Shown one piece after another: positions 60,701 to 64,000 of a stretch of DNA of 64,000 nt. Origin of the DNA: Amoebophrya sp. A120 (lineage: Eukaryota > Protista > Dinoflagellata); assembly GCA_905178155.1 (NCBI GenBank), contig CAJINV010000012.1, positions 1,554,492-1,618,491 on the forward strand. The letters are read 5' to 3'. A program made the position numbers and the translations under genes. The notes below the pieces were generated by a model. That model saw nothing but the letters and a program-made list of their open reading frames with translations, was not told the origin of the DNA and searched no databases. Position 1 is the stretch's first letter. Each line of letters begins with the position of its first letter.

Positions 60701-63277
60701 AAAGAAGAATGCGACATTTGTCATGCTAGTCTGGCAACATGACACTGAGCCCTGTATTGCGTGGCCACGAACAGCTCCTCTTTTGTGTCATGCAAAGTGC
60801 TGGCTGCTTCTCATGCGGAATACGCAACACAGAGCGACGGAAGAATCAATCTGTCATGCGTGGCGGTGCATTGCAGTGTACTTTCTTTTCACCGACATGC
60901 ATCATAAGTTTCCAGACCCGGACATATTTGCAATGCATAGCTCGGGGGCTGGGGCCCGATTTTGGTTCGCGGGGTCCGGGACGTCGTGTCTCGCTGGAAA
61001 CTATCCTGTGCAAAAGTATCGCACTCGTAGTAATCGCAATCCTGCATTACAAATCTTGCTCTTAAGGTAAAACTGCATTACAAATTTTATTTCTCACGCT
61101 GAGGAAATTTTTTTATACGAGTACAATGCTTTTGCAATGCATAGAAACAAGTAAAGCCGGAATCGGGTGAGAAAAACAAAATGCAGAAAGACCGGGAAGG
61201 AGATGAAAATACTGAATCGATGCCGACTACAACAGCGGGGCGAATATTTTGGACCTCCTCCGAGAACGACGACCTTCTGCGAAAGAGAGGTCGTGCACGG
61301 TCAGACAACAAGCCTGCATCGCAAGAACGACCAAATGGTGAAGATCTTCTTCAGGTGAAGAAGTCGACTGAAGATGTTCTAGAAGGTGGTCTTGCAGCCG
61401 AGGATAAAAGGGTAGTTGCTCAGGACGAAGACGTAGTGGGTGATGACGCGGAGCTCAGCATTCACAGTAGATACCTGTATGACGAGGAGGACATAAATGC
61501 TGAGGACAAAACTGCTCCCGATGATTCAGTTGATCCGGCCCCGGCGCTCCTCACCTACACGACCCCTCGGACGAGGAACAAGCGTAAAACAATCCTCCGC
61601 TTCACGGCCAATCGCAACTCGAAGTTTTTCTTCCGCTCCCTGATTGGGCGCAATCCGGACAAAAGGGTGGGGGTCTTCATTGACGGGCCCAAGGGCAACG
61701 AGGCGTACCAATTCGGGCGGGAATTGTTTGACGAGTTTGACAATGTCGTCTTTTTTGCCCTGCACGACACCAATCCGAACATTGGCAGCAAAAACTTCAT
61801 ATCAAATGCAAAAATGTCTGGGTCAGGATGAAAGTTGGAACTTGTAATGCTGGTCTTACATTCCTGAACAATCTGTATTGCATGACCAGCAAAAGACGTG
61901 GCGTCCTCTGTCGTACAAAATAAACGCAGTTTCTCATGCAGACAGCGTATGAGAAACCGTTCTGCAAATTTGTCATGCTTGGCTGCATTCGGAAGCGCTT
62001 TCATCATGAACAGTTCAGCATCACAGGTTTCCAGACCCAGACATGTTTGCAATGCATACTTCACGGACACGAAGTTCTACCGGACAAAAGACCCGCCAAC
62101 AAAAACCGTGTTCCCCCTGAATAAGGGGAAGAAAATTTATGCATTGCAAATATGTCTGGGTCTCGTCTGGAAGATTTGGGGAGTTTGTCATGCAAGTTGT
62201 ACATGCCTTTGCCTGCCCATGTTGCCTCTGATGCATGCTATAGCATCACAGCTTTCGGCGCAAAGGTTTTCACATGTCTAAACTGCATGAGAAATGCCCT
62301 CTCCGGGAGGTGGCAACAATCTGAGTGTCTTTTGCCTCTCTTGCAATAGAGATTTTTGTGTGATCGACGGCTGGCATCACAAATCCCATTCTTTCCAGAG
62401 GACCCAGACTTATTTGCAGTTGATAGAATTGCTCTGTCGACGACTACATCCGCATCGTCCGAGCGAAACTACTCTGTAGACATTCGACCGGAGAGGGATG
62501 ACGGCAGTAGTACCGACGGAAAGACAGAGAGGTGCTGGATGCTGGATCCAAGATTTGGCTCCTGCAACCGCTTTATGACAGTTCACAACTCTTCCTCCCC
62601 CCCATTTGTCTTTGTCATGCAAAATCCCCAATCCAGTCGCTGCCCTGTGGCGCTGTTTGCATGACAGGTTCTGGCAGCCCAAATAGTACTACACTCCAGT
62701 GCAGATTTGTCATGCAAATGCTGATGCAGATGCGTGTAAGTTTATTGCCGTTCATGCTATAATACAAATGAGGGGGACGAGGGGAAGTTGTGCACTGTCA
62801 TACGCTTAAGTTTGTCGACGGATGTGTGGTTTCCAACGTCGAGAGCGGAGAGCTACGATTTCTGGTATGCCCTCCGCATGGAACAAAACTGCTGATCATT
62901 TCTTGCGCCGATACTTTCCTATTCCTTGCGTTTGCTGAAATCTTCCAAACAACGTTCTACTAGTAAGCATAAGCATAAGTAAATGTAAATGATGAAAGAT
63001 GAAAACCCCACATCGCAGGTGGCTCCCCTCCTGTAGGCGGCCCTACGTGATTGAGACCTTCCAGCCCTATTACCGCTCGAAGTTTGCGCACCTGGACCAA
63101 GATTCAGTTGCGGAGTTGCGGCACCGCTGGCTGGACGAGTTCGACATTCATCCCTCCGAAACCTGGGCCCGGGACATGCCCAAAGACGATCGGTGGAAGC
63201 GGTTGTTTGAAATCAAACGAGGAGGGCACGGGCTCACGCTGTTTGTGCGAAGGGGGGCCGAGAAGGTCGCGGGATAA
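57757..63277 (+). CDS. Class I SAM-dependent methyltransferase-like protein (Methyltransf_24-like) with long low-complexity insertions; 9 introner introns (one containing a nested element) and one GT-AG intron
   Basis: GGILPSEAHALVSVIEQYGVDFVVESGTGFGVSAEM (motif I-like), VGVFIDGPKG, VVFFALHDT; start uncertain. Confidence 0.75.
58087..58340. mobile_element. TIR introner, family A
   Basis: TSD ggtac/ggtac. Confidence 0.92.
58477..59126. mobile_element. TIR introner, family C (outer element of a nested pair)
   Basis: TSD cagta/cagta; restores EQYGVDF. Confidence 0.88.
58493..58799. mobile_element. TIR introner, family G, nested in the left TIR of the outer element
   Basis: TSD gatga/gatga. 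Confidence 0.9.
59779..60041. mobile_element. TIR introner, family A
   Basis: TSD tcgcc/tcgcc. Confidence 0.92.
60324..60533. mobile_element. TIR introner, family B (degenerate)
   Basis: TSD degraded (ttgat/tcact), but element+5 nt removal keeps frame. Confidence 0.75.
60673..60939. mobile_element. TIR introner, family A
   Basis: TSD gctcg/gctcg. Confidence 0.9.
61002..61143. mobile_element. TIR introner, family B
   Basis: TSD gaaac/gaaac. Confidence 0.92.
61800..62058. mobile_element. TIR introner, family A
   Basis: TSD cttca/cttca. Confidence 0.92.
62138..62425. mobile_element. TIR introner, family A
   Basis: TSD aaatt/gaatt. Confidence 0.9.
62574..62802. mobile_element. TIR introner, family D
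   Basis: TSD cgctt/cgctt. Confidence 0.92.
62865..63018 (+). other. Canonical GT-AG spliceosomal intron
   Basis: TTCTG|GTATGC...TCGCAG|GTGGCTC joins YDFW to WLPSCRRPY in frame. Confidence 0.75.
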
Positions 63278-64000
63278 CAAACTAGAAGTATTCGGCGGGG
63301 ATGTAAATGTTGCACATGCATTTTCAGGTCGTTTGGCCACTTTGTGTGAAGAGAGCTTGTCTTTGTGTTTGATGAAGAACCACGATGTTGAACTTGAAAG
63401 CAAAGCTTTATAGAATATGACCACGTTTTTAAGAACCCTACAAAAATGAAGAAAAAGAACCAGAGGAAAGTGTAAACTCAAGCACGGAGAAGTTTCAATT
63501 ATTCGCGTTGACATCATTTGACAAAGAACCACTTTTCAGTCTGCGAAGTGAAGATACTCAAAGTACGAGAGCAAGGCACAACAAAATGTAGGATGCGGGC
63601 GCTGGCTCTTTGTTTCGCAATCGTGTGCCAAACTTTAGCACCCAACTTTCTGTTCGTGTTACAGCTGCTCGTCGAGGGAAGCAGGAAGTAATGAAGTGCA
63701 TCTACTACAACGGAAAGTAAGTGGCGGAATCTCAAAGAAGTGTTTCTATCGTCAACTTGATTCGTGTCGTATAAAGAACATGTTGCAACTTTTAGGGCGG
63801 GGCCAACATCATCGTCAATTACCAGGATCCGTCTCTTCGTGAAGTAGTTTCACTTTCTCTTCATATTTCCCGAAAGGGAAAACCGGGTAGTAGAACAGCG
63901 TCGAATTGTAGCCGATGCTTTTCCTTGTCGTACTCAGTAGCCTAATTTATCGTAGATAAAGAGCAAAGGCGATTCACTTCTTCACTTCGTTCCTCGTGTA

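Noticed and set aside
343-62762. Many short ORFs sharing CKNVWVWK, QTQTFLHLI, MSGSGR or LCKSIVLV peptides as a protein family
   Set aside because: They are translations of introner TIRs in various frames.
1-64000. tRNA, rRNA, dinoflagellate spliced-leader relics, telomeric arrays
   Set aside because: None recognised by eye; a tRNAscan/Infernal run would be needed to exclude them.

Overview
Eukaryotic genomic DNA, most likely a syndinian dinoflagellate (Amoebophrya-like). This is inferred from the intron architecture, not from a database match. I reconstructed five multi-exon genes on the + strand by hand: a RUS1/DUF647 protein, a histidine phosphatase of the phosphoglycerate-mutase type, a GT-B glycosyltransferase-like protein, an ABC transporter and a class I SAM methyltransferase-like protein. 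There is also a membrane protein, a coiled-coil ORF and a short hypothetical gene. About 78 introner elements of 140-360 bp occur, almost all within these genes. They have TAT...ATA terminal inverted repeats (about 9 TIR families) and a 5-bp target-site duplication (TSD), and removing element+5 nt restores the reading frames. Most ORFs in the supplied track are artefacts of these elements. A second, separate phenomenon occurs at five loci. A 37-72 bp piece of host sequence is repeated 2-6 times, and the copies bracket unrelated 0.77-1.58 kb inserts (repeat fragments, satellites, foldbacks) in a repeat-spacer-like array. Two of these arrays lie inside coding sequence whose frame is restored by precise removal. 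This is the best candidate for an undescribed system. Coordinates were counted by hand and may be off by a few bases.
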